Assembly: GCA_035283165.1 (NCBI GenBank)
Contig: DATEUK010000009.1
Span: 1-44,286 of the forward strand
Direction: 5' to 3'
Source of the DNA: Thermoplasmata archaeon
GTDB taxonomy: Archaea > Thermoplasmatota > Thermoplasmata > RBG-16-68-12 > EA-27
DNA: 44,286 bases
Shown here: positions 23,361 through 31,112 of the stretch, in pieces
How positions within the stretch are numbered: position 1 is the first letter of the stretch
How the letters are laid out: each line of letters starts with the position of its first letter
Notes under the pieces: model-generated
Seen by the model: only the letters and a program-made list of their open reading frames with translations
Databases searched by the model: none
What the model was told of the DNA's origin: nothing
Translations under genes and position numbers: made by a program

Positions 23361-25062
23361 GGATCTCCTTGTGCGGCATGGTGTTCACGACGTCTTCCTT
23401 CCCGAGCCATCCACGCCGCGCGGATCCCACGGCGAGTCGCATGAACCACAGCTGCTCCGTCGTGTGGCTGTCCGTGTTCACGATCAGCTTCGCCCCGTGC
23501 TCCCTCGCGAGCCGTGCCTGCGGGCCGCTGAGGTCCATCCGGTCTGGGTAGCCGTTGATCTCCAGCACGGTCCCCGTGTCCGCGGCGGCCTTCGCGAGCC
23601 TCTCCATGTTCAGCTGGATCGGCTCCCGCTGGCCGATCTTCCGGGTCGTCGGGTGCGCGAGGATGTCCATGTGCTCGTTCTCCATCGCGCGGAGGACGCG
23701 GGCCATCATCTCCTTCTCGGGCATCTTGAAGTTCGAATGGACGGATCCGATCACGTAGTCCAAGTCCTTCAGCACGGGGTCCGGGTAATCGAGGGTCCCG
23801 TCCGCCAGGATGTCGCACTCCGTCCCCGCCAAGAGGCGGATCCCTGCTGTCTGCCGGTTGAACTCGCGGATGTGCGCCACGTGGATCCGCAGGTGCTCCT
23901 CGGAGAGGCCGTTCGCGACCCGCAGGGAGGGGCTGTGGTCGGAAATCCCGAGGTATTCGTACCCGCGCGCGGCCGCCGCCGCCGCCATCTCCTCGACCGT
24001 GTTCACGCCGTCCGTGAGGTTCGTGTGCGCATGGAGGTCGCCCCGGATGTCCCCCATCGTGACGAGGTCCGGCAACGCACCGCTCAGCGCGGCCTCGATC
24101 TCGCCCGCGTCCTCCCGCAGTTCCGCCTCGATGTACGGGAGCCCGAGGGTCGCGTACACCTCCTCCTCCGTCGACCCCGTCGCCCGCTCGTCCCCGCGGA
24201 ACACGCCGTACTCGTTCAGCTTGAGACCCACCTTCGCCGCCATCGTGCGGACCTTGATGTTGTGGTCCTTGCTCCCCGTGAAGTACTGGAGGCCGGAGCC
24301 CCAGCTCCGAGGCTCGAGGACCCGGAGGTCGACCTGGAGCCGCTCGCCGCCGATCGAGACGACGACGGTCGACTTCGTGTCCCCGGACATCACGACCTCG
24401 CGGACCATCGGGAAGGATAGGAACGCCTTCGTCGCCGCGGCCGGGTCCGTGGTCGTGACGAGGATGTCGCAGTCCCCCACGCTCTCCTTCATCCGGCGGA
24501 CGCTCCCGCCGTACGCGACGTGATCCACGGACGCGTGGGTGCGGACGTGTTCCACGATCTGCTCCGCGATCGGGAGGACGATGCCGAGCAGGTTCTGGCC
24601 CTTCGCGGATTCCACGAGGCCGATCCCCTTGAGCACGTTCTGTTCGGACTTCTCGCCGAACCCCTTGAGCGCGCGCAGGCGGCCCTGCAGCGCGACGGTC
24701 CTCAGGTCCTCGAGGCTCTTGACCCCGAGTTCGAGGTGGAGCCTCCGGGCGGTCTTGGGACCGATGTCCGGGATGCGCATGATCTCCAAGAGGCCCGGCG
24801 GGAACTGCGCGCGAAGCGCCTCCAGCTCCCCGATCTTCCCCGCCCGCAGGAACTCCTCAATCTTGGCGGCGATTCCCTTCCCGACTCCCGGGATCTGCGT
24901 GAGGCGGCCCTCCCGGGCGAGGGCTCCCACGTCCTCCGCCTCCGACTCGATCGCCCGGGCCGCGCGCCGGTAGGAGATCGGACGGAACCGGTCCTCGTCC
25001 CCGCTCAGCTCCAGGAGCTCCGCGATCATGTACAACGCGGAAGCGATCTCGTCGTTGCGCAC
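23344..25062 (-). CDS. polX: DNA polymerase X family protein with C-terminal PHP phosphoesterase domain (PolX)
   Basis: N-terminal NDEIASALYMIAELLELSGD...FRPISYRRAARAI, HhH motifs (IPGVGKGIAAKI; IPDIGPKTA), polymerase core GSVRRMKESVGDCDILV, and PHP domain GDLHAHTNLTDG...ISDHS. Start set at GTG 25062, which is 26.5 nt from the TATA centre. The ORF-track TTG 25125 lies upstream of that TATA. Confidence 0.9.
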   Translation of the reverse strand: MRNDEIASALYMIAELLELSGDEDRFRPISYRRAARAIESEAEDVGALAREGRLTQIPGVGKGIAAKIEEFLRAGKIGELEALRAQFPPGLLEIMRIPDIGPKTARRLHLELGVKSLEDLRTVALQGRLRALKGFGEKSEQNVLKGIGLVESAKGQNLLGIVLPIAEQIVEHVRTHASVDHVAYGGSVRRMKESVGDCDILVTTTDPAAATKAFLSFPMVREVVMSGDTKSTVVVSIGGERLQVDLRVLEPRSWGSGLQYFTGSKDHNIKVRTMAAKVGLKLNEYGVFRGDERATGSTEEEVYATLGLPYIEAELREDAGEIEAALSGALPDLVTMGDIRGDLHAHTNLTDGVNTVEEMAAAAAARGYEYLGISDHSPSLRVANGLSEEHLRIHVAHIREFNRQTAGIRLLAGTECDILADGTLDYPDPVLKDLDYVIGSVHSNFKMPEKEMMARVLRAMENEHMDILAHPTTRKIGQREPIQLNMERLAKAAADTGTVLEINGYPDRMDLSGPQARLAREHGAKLIVNTDSHTTEQLWFMRLAVGSARRGWLGKEDVVNTMPHKEILRFLA

Positions 25063-25080
25063 GGGTCGGAGAAACCGCAG

Positions 25081-25092
25081 ACACCTTATTAG
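25081..25092. promoter_or_regulatory. ACACCTTATTAG element between polX (-) and the KaiC-like gene (+); possible bidirectional TATA
   Basis: The minus-strand TAATAA centre is 26.5 nt from GTG 25062. The plus-strand orientation matches the ACACCTT promoters at 20830 and 22296, and would give a leadered transcript for the gene at 25202. Confidence 0.4.
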
Positions 25093-25201
25093 CGCTCCTC
25101 CGCGCCGTTGATTCTCGAAGGGCAAAGGTATTCAACGGGGTCCCGTCTTTTCGCCCGAGGTCGCCTCCCTGACGAGCCACACGGGAATCCCGGAGGAACT
25201 C

Positions 25202-26689
25202 TTGCAGTTCTTTCGCTCGCCCGGCGCCCATTCCCTGATCGTCAAGGGATCCGCGGGCACCGGGAAGACCACCTTCTGCCTGCAGCTGGCGGAGGAGCTC
25301 GGCGGGGGAGCGCGGTCGTACTACATGAGCATCCGTGTGAGCGACGAGAGCCTCTACCTCCAGTTCCCGTGGCTCCGCGAGAAGCGGGAGGCGCACCGGT
25401 TCCAGCACGTCCCCCGCGCCTCGAGTTCCTCCGAGGAACCCTCCCAGACGCCTCTGAAGGTGGACCGCACGGAACTCCAGAAACTCGAGGGGCGGGTGGA
25501 GATGGGGAAGGAGGGGGACGAGACGTACCAGAAGGTCGGGGAGGCGGAGGTCGCAAGCGATGCCCTGATCTTCGACCTGGGGTCCGACCTGCCGGAGATC
25601 GACCTCGCGTACGACGAGGTGGAGAGGAACCTGCCCCACAGCACGCTCGTGCTCGTCGACAGCATCGACGGCCTCAGCGAACGGTACGGGATCATGCCGG
25701 GCAAGCTCGTGAACACGCTCCAGAGGGACCTCGTGGAGAAGGGGAGCGCGCACGTCGTGTACGTCCTGGAGAGCACCGGCGACACGCGCCTCGACTATCT
25801 CGGGGACGGGGTCGTGCGGTTCAGCAGCGAGGAGCACGCGGGGCGCCGACTGCGGGCGATGACGATCGAGAAGCTCCGCGGGACGGAGATCCGGCAGCAC
25901 CGCTACATCTACACGTTGAAGGACGGACGCATCCGGGCGTTCAGCATCCGGCCGCCGGTCCGCCCGGAAAAGACGGGTCCCTGGGAGGCTCCGCACGACC
26001 CGGGGCCGGACGTCGTCTCGTGGGGCCACTCGGCGCTGGACCGGCTGACGGGCGGTCTCCCGCTGGGCTCCTTCGTGGCGCTCGAGATCGACGCGGACGT
26101 TCCCGGGGTGTTCGTCGATGGACTTCGGCTCGGCCTGATCTGCGCCTTCGCATCCCTCGGGCGGGGCGTCGCGTACGTGTCCGCGCAGAAGTCCTCCGCG
26201 GAGAACGTGCAGGAATGGGCAAGGCCGTACCTGAAGGCGGGCGTGTTCGAACAGCACGTTCGCGTCTTCGAGTCCGCTCCCCTGGGCAGCCCGGAGGGGA
26301 GCAAGAACGCGATGCACATGGAGGGCGCGAACGTGGACACGGACCTGCGATGGAGCAACGTGGAGTACCGGCTCCCAGGGAGCAAGCACCCGTTCCTTTC
26401 CTTCCTGTCGTTCGACACCCTGGAGTCCGTGTACGGCGAGGACGTCCTTGAGCAGATGACGGCGCATCTCTCTTCCGTGCGCCGGGCGCGCGACATCCTC
26501 GTCGGCCACGTGAGTCCATTGACGAAGAGCACGCAGAAGCTCGCGACCATCGCGTCGATCCACCTGAGGGTGCAGAACGTGAACGGCTCCATCCTGCTGT
26601 TCGGGCAGAAACCGTATTCAGAGCTCTTCAACCTCGGCTTCTCCTATGAAAACGGCGTCCCGCACGCGGTGTTGACGCCCATCGTATGA
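25202..26689 (+). CDS. two-domain KaiC/RecA-superfamily ATPase: intact N-terminal P-loop domain, degenerate C-terminal domain
   Basis: Domain 1 has Walker A GSAGTGKTTF and Walker B TLVLVDSIDGLSE. Domain 2 (from about WGHSALDRLTGGLPLGSFVALEIDADVPGV) keeps the KaiC-like lead-in but has no GK[ST]. TTG start 5 nt after GGAGG (25192-25196). Confidence 0.8.
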   Translation: MQFFRSPGAHSLIVKGSAGTGKTTFCLQLAEELGGGARSYYMSIRVSDESLYLQFPWLREKREAHRFQHVPRASSSSEEPSQTPLKVDRTELQKLEGRVEMGKEGDETYQKVGEAEVASDALIFDLGSDLPEIDLAYDEVERNLPHSTLVLVDSIDGLSERYGIMPGKLVNTLQRDLVEKGSAHVVYVLESTGDTRLDYLGDGVVRFSSEEHAGRRLRAMTIEKLRGTEIRQHRYIYTLKDGRIRAFSIRPPVRPEKTGPWEAPHDPGPDVVSWGHSALDRLTGGLPLGSFVALEIDADVPGVFVDGLRLGLICAFASLGRGVAYVSAQKSSAENVQEWARPYLKAGVFEQHVRVFESAPLGSPEGSKNAMHMEGANVDTDLRWSNVEYRLPGSKHPFLSFLSFDTLESVYGEDVLEQMTAHLSSVRRARDILVGHVSPLTKSTQKLATIASIHLRVQNVNGSILLFGQKPYSELFNLGFSYENGVPHAVLTPIV

Positions 26690-26724
26690 TCAAGTCTCAG
26701 TTCCGATATTGGGGTAGATAACCC

Positions 26725-26730
26725 TTTAAG
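26725..26730 (+). promoter_or_regulatory. TATA-like TTTAAG upstream of wHTH gene 1
   Basis: The centre is 26.5 nt upstream of position 26754. ATG is at 26756 (leaderless). Confidence 0.5.
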
Positions 26731-26755
26731 CCGCGCTCCGAATCGGAACTGCCAG

Positions 26756-27100
26756 ATGCAGGAGAAGGACATCTCGCGCCTCCTCACGGACGAGTACGCG
26801 GAACGCATCCTCGTCGCCACGCAGACCTCGTCCCGGTCCGTGCAGGACATCAGCGACCGGTTCGACATCCCGATCGCGGCGTGCTACCGCAAGATCCACG
26901 AGCTCGAGGGCGCCGGATTCCTCCGCTGCGCCGAGATCGTCACGACTCCGAAGGGCAAGACGATGAAGCTGTACCGCTCCCTCCTGAAGTCCGCGCACCT
27001 CGTGTACGAGGACGGCGTCTTCCGGGTGAAGTTCGAGTTCGACTACGAGAAGGACATCAACGGTAAGTGGATCGAGCTCAACGCGCCGCTCCTCGCCTGA
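26756..27100 (+). CDS. winged-helix (ArsR/TrmB-like) DNA-binding protein, paralog 1
   Basis: 114 aa. LLTDEYAERILVATQTSSRSVQDISDRFDIPIAACYRKIHELEGAGFL (HTH) followed by a beta wing KGKTMKLYRS. Confidence 0.7.
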   Translation: MQEKDISRLLTDEYAERILVATQTSSRSVQDISDRFDIPIAACYRKIHELEGAGFLRCAEIVTTPKGKTMKLYRSLLKSAHLVYEDGVFRVKFEFDYEKDINGKWIELNAPLLA

Positions 27101-27166
27101 GTATCATCGCTCAGACCCAATCTCATCAAAAGGACCTACTCCCTCCGGTGAGAATCACGGGGGATA

Positions 27167-27175
27167 TTTTATATA
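27167..27175 (+). promoter_or_regulatory. TATA box TTTTATATA upstream of wHTH gene 2
   Basis: It overlaps ATG 27175. The centre is about 27 nt upstream of ATG 27199, so 27199 is the likely leaderless start. Confidence 0.5.
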
Positions 27176-27198
27176 TGTCGCACCCGCATGAATCCGTC

Positions 27199-27606
27199 AT
27201 GGGGTTCGAGACTGAAGAGAACAACGGGGGAGCGATCGCGCCGCTGCAAGACGACGGGATGAATCCCCTGCAGGCCTCGCAGCTTCTGACCGACGAGTAC
27301 AGCGCAAAGATCCTGCTCGCGACGTACAAGCGGCGGATCAGCGCCCAGGAGATCAGCCAACGGTACGGGATCCCGATCGCGGCGTGCTACCGCAAGATCC
27401 GGACGCTCGAGGACGCCGGCCTGATCCAGTGCGTCGATCGGATCCTCACGCAGAAGGGGAAGCGGAAGAACCTCTACACGTCGTGCCTGAAGAACGCGTA
27501 CATCTTCTTCGAGAACGGTCGACTCCGCGCGCGGTTCCAGCTCGCGACGGGCGCCGTCCGCGACTTCGGCGGCGACTGGAACGGGATGGACTTCCTGCGC
27601 CGGTAG
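27199..27606 (+). CDS. winged-helix (ArsR/TrmB-like) DNA-binding protein, paralog 2
   Basis: LLTDEYSAKILLATYKRRISAQEISQRYGIPIAACYRKIRTLEDAGLI...KGKRKNLYTS shares the identical stretch IPIAACYRKI with paralog 1. Alternative start at ATG 27175. Confidence 0.7.
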   Translation: MGFETEENNGGAIAPLQDDGMNPLQASQLLTDEYSAKILLATYKRRISAQEISQRYGIPIAACYRKIRTLEDAGLIQCVDRILTQKGKRKNLYTSCLKNAYIFFENGRLRARFQLATGAVRDFGGDWNGMDFLRR

Positions 27607-27643
27607 GGCGTCGATTCTCAAACCGGATACTCGCCTCCGTGCC

Positions 27644-27649
27644 TTTATG
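27644..27649 (+). promoter_or_regulatory. TATA-like TTTATG upstream of a 43-codon ORF
   Basis: The centre is 26.5 nt upstream of position 27673. GTG is at 27675. Confidence 0.35.
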
Positions 27650-27674
27650 GGTCCGACGGCCCACTGCGAAGGCT

Positions 27675-27806
27675 GTGCGGATCCGACTGCACAAGATCCT
27701 TAACGAGGGTCGCACGGTTCGGTTCGAGAAGCCGGAAGAGGACACGATCGACGTGAACGTCATCGTGTTCCAGAACGGCAAGCCGGTCCGCCCGAAGCAA
27801 GGTTGA
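27675..27806 (+). CDS. hypothetical small protein (43 aa)
   Basis: VRIRLHKILNEGRTVRFEKPEEDTIDVNVIVFQNGKPVRPKQG. Supported only by correct TATA spacing and a non-GC-artefact amino-acid composition. Confidence 0.3.
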   Translation: MRIRLHKILNEGRTVRFEKPEEDTIDVNVIVFQNGKPVRPKQG

Positions 27807-27854
27807 AGGGCGCCCTCTGGCCGTCGGGACGCCACGCTCCCGTTCGTTCGTCCG

Positions 27855-28124
27855 CTAGTTCCTGAGCGGGTCCGCCCAAGTCCACCGGACATGCAGCCCC
27901 ACGAGGACCAACGCGGTGCCAAGGATCGCGGCCGCGATCACGGGGACGCTAACCTGGCGAAACAGGACTGGGAAGGCCAGGGCGATTCCGTACACGGCGC
28001 CGCCCGCCGCGACGATGGACAGGGGCGCGCGCACCGGGAGTCGCGGACGACGGCCGGAGAACGATCGGGGGCGCGCGAGGCCGTTGACCCTCCCGACGCC
28101 CGGGCTTGGCCGGCTGCGCGTCAT
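27855..28124 (-). CDS. hypothetical small membrane protein (2 predicted TM helices)
   Basis: The 89-aa ORF has the hydrophobic stretches LSIVAAGGAVYGIALAFPVLF and VPVIAAAILGTALVLVGL. It lies directly downstream of hpt on the same strand. Confidence 0.4.
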   Translation of the reverse strand: MTRSRPSPGVGRVNGLARPRSFSGRRPRLPVRAPLSIVAAGGAVYGIALAFPVLFRQVSVPVIAAAILGTALVLVGLHVRWTWADPLRN

Positions 28125-28195
28125 CGGGACCTGGACTCATGCCGTGCTATTCTCGGTTGCGACCCCGCTATCAAATCCGACAATCGCGAAACCGG

Positions 28196-28756
28196 TCAAC
28201 GGCGCTCGACGACCTTCCCCGCGACGACGTCCACCCGCATCAGCGTCTTGATCGGGACCCCGATCTCCTGCTCCAACCGCTCACGCTCTCGCGTCTTCTC
28301 GAAGACGACGATCACGTCGACGAGCCGGGCGCCGATCGACCGCAGGGCGAGCGCGAGGGCGCGCAGGGTGCCCCCCGTCGAGACCACGTCGTCGAGGAAC
28401 ACGAGCCGGTCGCCGCGCGCGATGTTGTTGATGAACAGATTCGCCTTCCCGTATCCCGTGGTCTGAGCGACGCTGACCTCGCCCGGCAAGCCGTATTGAC
28501 GCTTGCGGAGGAACACGTACGGGCGGTTCACCTTCACCGCCACGGCGGCCGCGAGGGGGAAGCCCATCGACTCCGCCGTGACGATCTTGTCGCATTCCCA
28601 GTTCCCGACCCGGGCGATCTCCTCCACGACCTCTTCGAACACCGCCGGGGAGCCGAGGGGGATCCCGTCCGTGATCGGGTGGACGAAGTATTCGTAGTCG
28701 CCGAACCGCACGACGGGGCACCCCTCCAGGCTCGCGCGGAGACGTTCGAGGGTCAC
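28196..28756 (-). CDS. hpt: hypoxanthine/guanine phosphoribosyltransferase, archaeal type
   Basis: YEYFVHPITDGIP, TAESMGFPLAAA, and the PRPP loop LVFLDDVVSTGGTL. GTG 28756 overlaps the mtaD stop by 4 nt (GTGA). Confidence 0.85.
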   Translation of the reverse strand: MTLERLRASLEGCPVVRFGDYEYFVHPITDGIPLGSPAVFEEVVEEIARVGNWECDKIVTAESMGFPLAAAVAVKVNRPYVFLRKRQYGLPGEVSVAQTTGYGKANLFINNIARGDRLVFLDDVVSTGGTLRALALALRSIGARLVDVIVVFEKTRERERLEQEIGVPIKTLMRVDVVAGKVVERR

Positions 28757-30015
28757 GAGGCCCCTCCCACGAGGTTGGCGGCGATCTCCCCCGCTTTCGC
28801 GAGGATCTCGATCTCCCCGCGGACGCGCCGCCCCTCCATCACGACGCGACCGTCGCAGATCACCGTGTCCACGCAGTCGCCCGTGGCGGCGTACACGAGG
28901 TTCGAGACCAGGTTGTGCGATGGAGTCATCTCCGGCCGGTGCAGGTCCACGAGGATCACGTCTGCGAGTTTGCCCACCTCGATCGAGCCCGCGTCCAGCC
29001 CGAGGGCGCGGGCCCCGCCGCGCGTGGCCATGTCGAACACCTCGGCGGCGGGGGCGACCGTCGCCGAGTCCGCCGCGAATTTGTGGAGCAACGCCGCCAA
29101 CTTCATCGACTCGAACATGTCGAGGCGGTTGTTCGAGGCCGCCCCGTCCGTCCCCAGGGAGACCGTCACGCCGGCGCGCTGCATCGCCGCGAGCGGCATC
29201 GCACGGCCCACCGCCAGCTTCATGTTCGACACGGGGCAGTGGGCGACGGCGACCCCGCGACGGGCGAACGTGGCGATCTCGGCTTCCTCGAGCCACACGG
29301 AGTGCGCCGCCACGACGCGGGGTCCCAGGACGCCGATCGCGTCCAGGTACGCGGCCGGGGTCTTCCCGTGGTCCTTCCGCGCCCCTTCGACCTCGCCTTT
29401 CGTCTCGGAGACGTGGATGTGGAACGGGCACGCGCGCTCGTCCGCCATAGCCCTCAGCGCTCGCAGCGAAGATTCCGACACCGTGTAGACGGCGTGCGGC
29501 CCGACGGCGGGCGTGATCCGGGGGTTTCGCATCGATGAAATCCGGTCGATCGCGGTGCGCGTCTTGCGCAGCTCCTCCTCCGCGCGATCCTCGTGGAACA
29601 GGTCGATGAACCCCTCGCTGAGGACGGCCCGGATCCCCATCTCGTCGACCGCCCGGGCGGCGTGGTCCATGAAGAAGTACATGTCGTTGAAGGACGTCGT
29701 GCCGGACTTGATCATCTCCAGGCACGCGAGCTTCGTCCCCCAGTACGCCATGTCGGGCGTGAGCCTCGCCTCCGCCGGCCAGATCTTCGCGGATAGCCAC
29801 GACTGGAGCTCCATGTCGTCCGCGTACCCGCGGAAGAGCGTCATCGCGGCGTGGGTGTGCGTGTTCACGAATCCGGGGAGGAGCGCCTTTCCGAGGGCGT
29901 CGATCGTGACGTCCGCCTCTCGCGGGGGGCCGATCTCGACGATTCGATTTCCGTCCACGTGCACGGCGGCACGACGGCCGCCCGGGAGGAGTGCGTCGCG
30001 AATCGAGATGCTCAC
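28753..30015 (-). CDS. mtaD: 5'-methylthioadenosine/S-adenosylhomocysteine (5'-deoxyadenosine) deaminase, amidohydrolase superfamily
   Basis: LLPGFVNTHTHAAMTLFRGYADDMELQSWL, HIHVSET, AHSVWL, HCPVSNMKL and SLGTDGAASNN. GTG start at 30015 (VSISIRDALL...). Confidence 0.9.
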   Translation of the reverse strand: MSISIRDALLPGGRRAAVHVDGNRIVEIGPPREADVTIDALGKALLPGFVNTHTHAAMTLFRGYADDMELQSWLSAKIWPAEARLTPDMAYWGTKLACLEMIKSGTTSFNDMYFFMDHAARAVDEMGIRAVLSEGFIDLFHEDRAEEELRKTRTAIDRISSMRNPRITPAVGPHAVYTVSESSLRALRAMADERACPFHIHVSETKGEVEGARKDHGKTPAAYLDAIGVLGPRVVAAHSVWLEEAEIATFARRGVAVAHCPVSNMKLAVGRAMPLAAMQRAGVTVSLGTDGAASNNRLDMFESMKLAALLHKFAADSATVAPAAEVFDMATRGGARALGLDAGSIEVGKLADVILVDLHRPEMTPSHNLVSNLVYAATGDCVDTVICDGRVVMEGRRVRGEIEILAKAGEIAANLVGGAS

Positions 30016-30047
30016 GTTCGGACCGATGCCCGGTCCGCGGATAAACC

Positions 30048-30776
30048 CTATTCCTTCCCGAGCGAGCGCAGCATCGGCTCCAGGAGACGACCGAGAATCT
30101 TCGCATTTCCCCGCTGGGTCTTCGCGATCCCTTCGTAGGTGAGCGGCTTCGCGGAGATTCCGTGCGCGTAGTTGTCGACCGTGCACACGCTCGCATAGGC
30201 GATCCCGATCTCCGCCGCCAACGTGGCCTCCGAGGCCATCGTCATGCCGACGACGTCCGCGTAGTCCCGGAGGAGGCGGATCTCCGCCTTCGTCTCGAGC
30301 CGCGGGCCGCGAGTCTGGGCGTACACCGCCCGTGCGCGAATCGGGACACGGGCCTTCTTCAGCACCGCCAAGATCGCCGTGCGCATGTCCGCGTCGAGCT
30401 GAGGCGTCACGTGCACGACCTTGTCGTCGTGGAACGTCGGGAGGTCCCACAAGCAGAGGTAGTCGTCGGGGACCGCGAGGATCCCGGGGCGGATCTCCTT
30501 CTTCAGCGAACCCACGGAAGAGGTGCCGAGGATGCGCCGCACGCCCAGCTCCTTGAGGGCCCAGAGGTTCGCGCGATGGTTGATTCGGTGCGGGGGGATC
30601 GCGTGGCTCACCCCGTGGCGGGGGAGGAACGCGACACCCACGTCGCCGATCGATCCCACGCGCACGTCCGCGGACGGGGCTCCGTACGGGGTCGCGATCG
30701 CCGTGGCGGCGGCGTCCCGCATCGAGGTCAGGTCGAGGATCCCGGAACCGCCGATCACCGCCAATCGGACGGGCAC
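30048..30776 (-). CDS. mtnP: MTAP-family purine nucleoside phosphorylase (methylthioadenosine or methylthioinosine phosphorylase)
   Basis: VRLAVIGGSG, FLPRHG..H.IPPHRINHRANLWALKELG, and VVGMTMASEATLAAEIGIAYASVCTVDNYA. GTG 30776 is leaderless relative to the TATA at 30802-30806. Confidence 0.85.
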   Translation of the reverse strand: MPVRLAVIGGSGILDLTSMRDAAATAIATPYGAPSADVRVGSIGDVGVAFLPRHGVSHAIPPHRINHRANLWALKELGVRRILGTSSVGSLKKEIRPGILAVPDDYLCLWDLPTFHDDKVVHVTPQLDADMRTAILAVLKKARVPIRARAVYAQTRGPRLETKAEIRLLRDYADVVGMTMASEATLAAEIGIAYASVCTVDNYAHGISAKPLTYEGIAKTQRGNAKILGRLLEPMLRSLGKE

Positions 30777-30801
30777 GGGGGCGACACGCGGAGGCCCGCG
30801 G

Positions 30802-30806
30802 TTAAA
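30802..30806 (-). promoter_or_regulatory. TATA-like CCTTTAAC (minus strand) for the mtnP-mtaD-hpt operon
   Basis: The centre is 26-27 nt upstream of GTG 30776. Confidence 0.45.
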
Positions 30807-31112
30807 GGTATCGCGAATGGCGGTGGCTCCGCGAAATCGGGAAGGCCGGACGGGCCCCCTGCGAGGGGGCGCACCCCGTGGGACGACTCCGAGCACGGAG
30901 ACGCGATCCGGCAGTTCGAGGAGGCGTGGAACACGCGCAGCGCGCGGTACGGCTCGCAGGCCGGCCGCCCACATATGAGCGTCCGCCATTCGTGTGGACA
31001 TCCCTCCTTTCCCGGCGAACCTTCTCGTGCCCTTCCGGGCAGTCCCGCCCTCGCCGACGCCCAATATTGATACTGATACTGGTCGCAACACGTATATCTG
31101 CGCCGCAATGAG

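Noticed and set aside
25112-25201. Possible N-terminal extension of the KaiC-like protein (in-frame ...VASLTSHTGIPEELL resembles the KaiC TGIxxLD lead-in) with no canonical start codon
   Set aside because: A GGAGG Shine-Dalgarno (25192-25196) sits 5 nt before TTG 25202. That makes 25202 the best-supported start, and the upstream similarity is short and may be coincidental.
28196-30196. 666-aa minus-strand ORF
   Set aside because: Only its last 186 codons (hpt, from GTG 28756) are real. The upstream part is an alternative frame of mtaD with Arg/Gly/Pro-rich composition.
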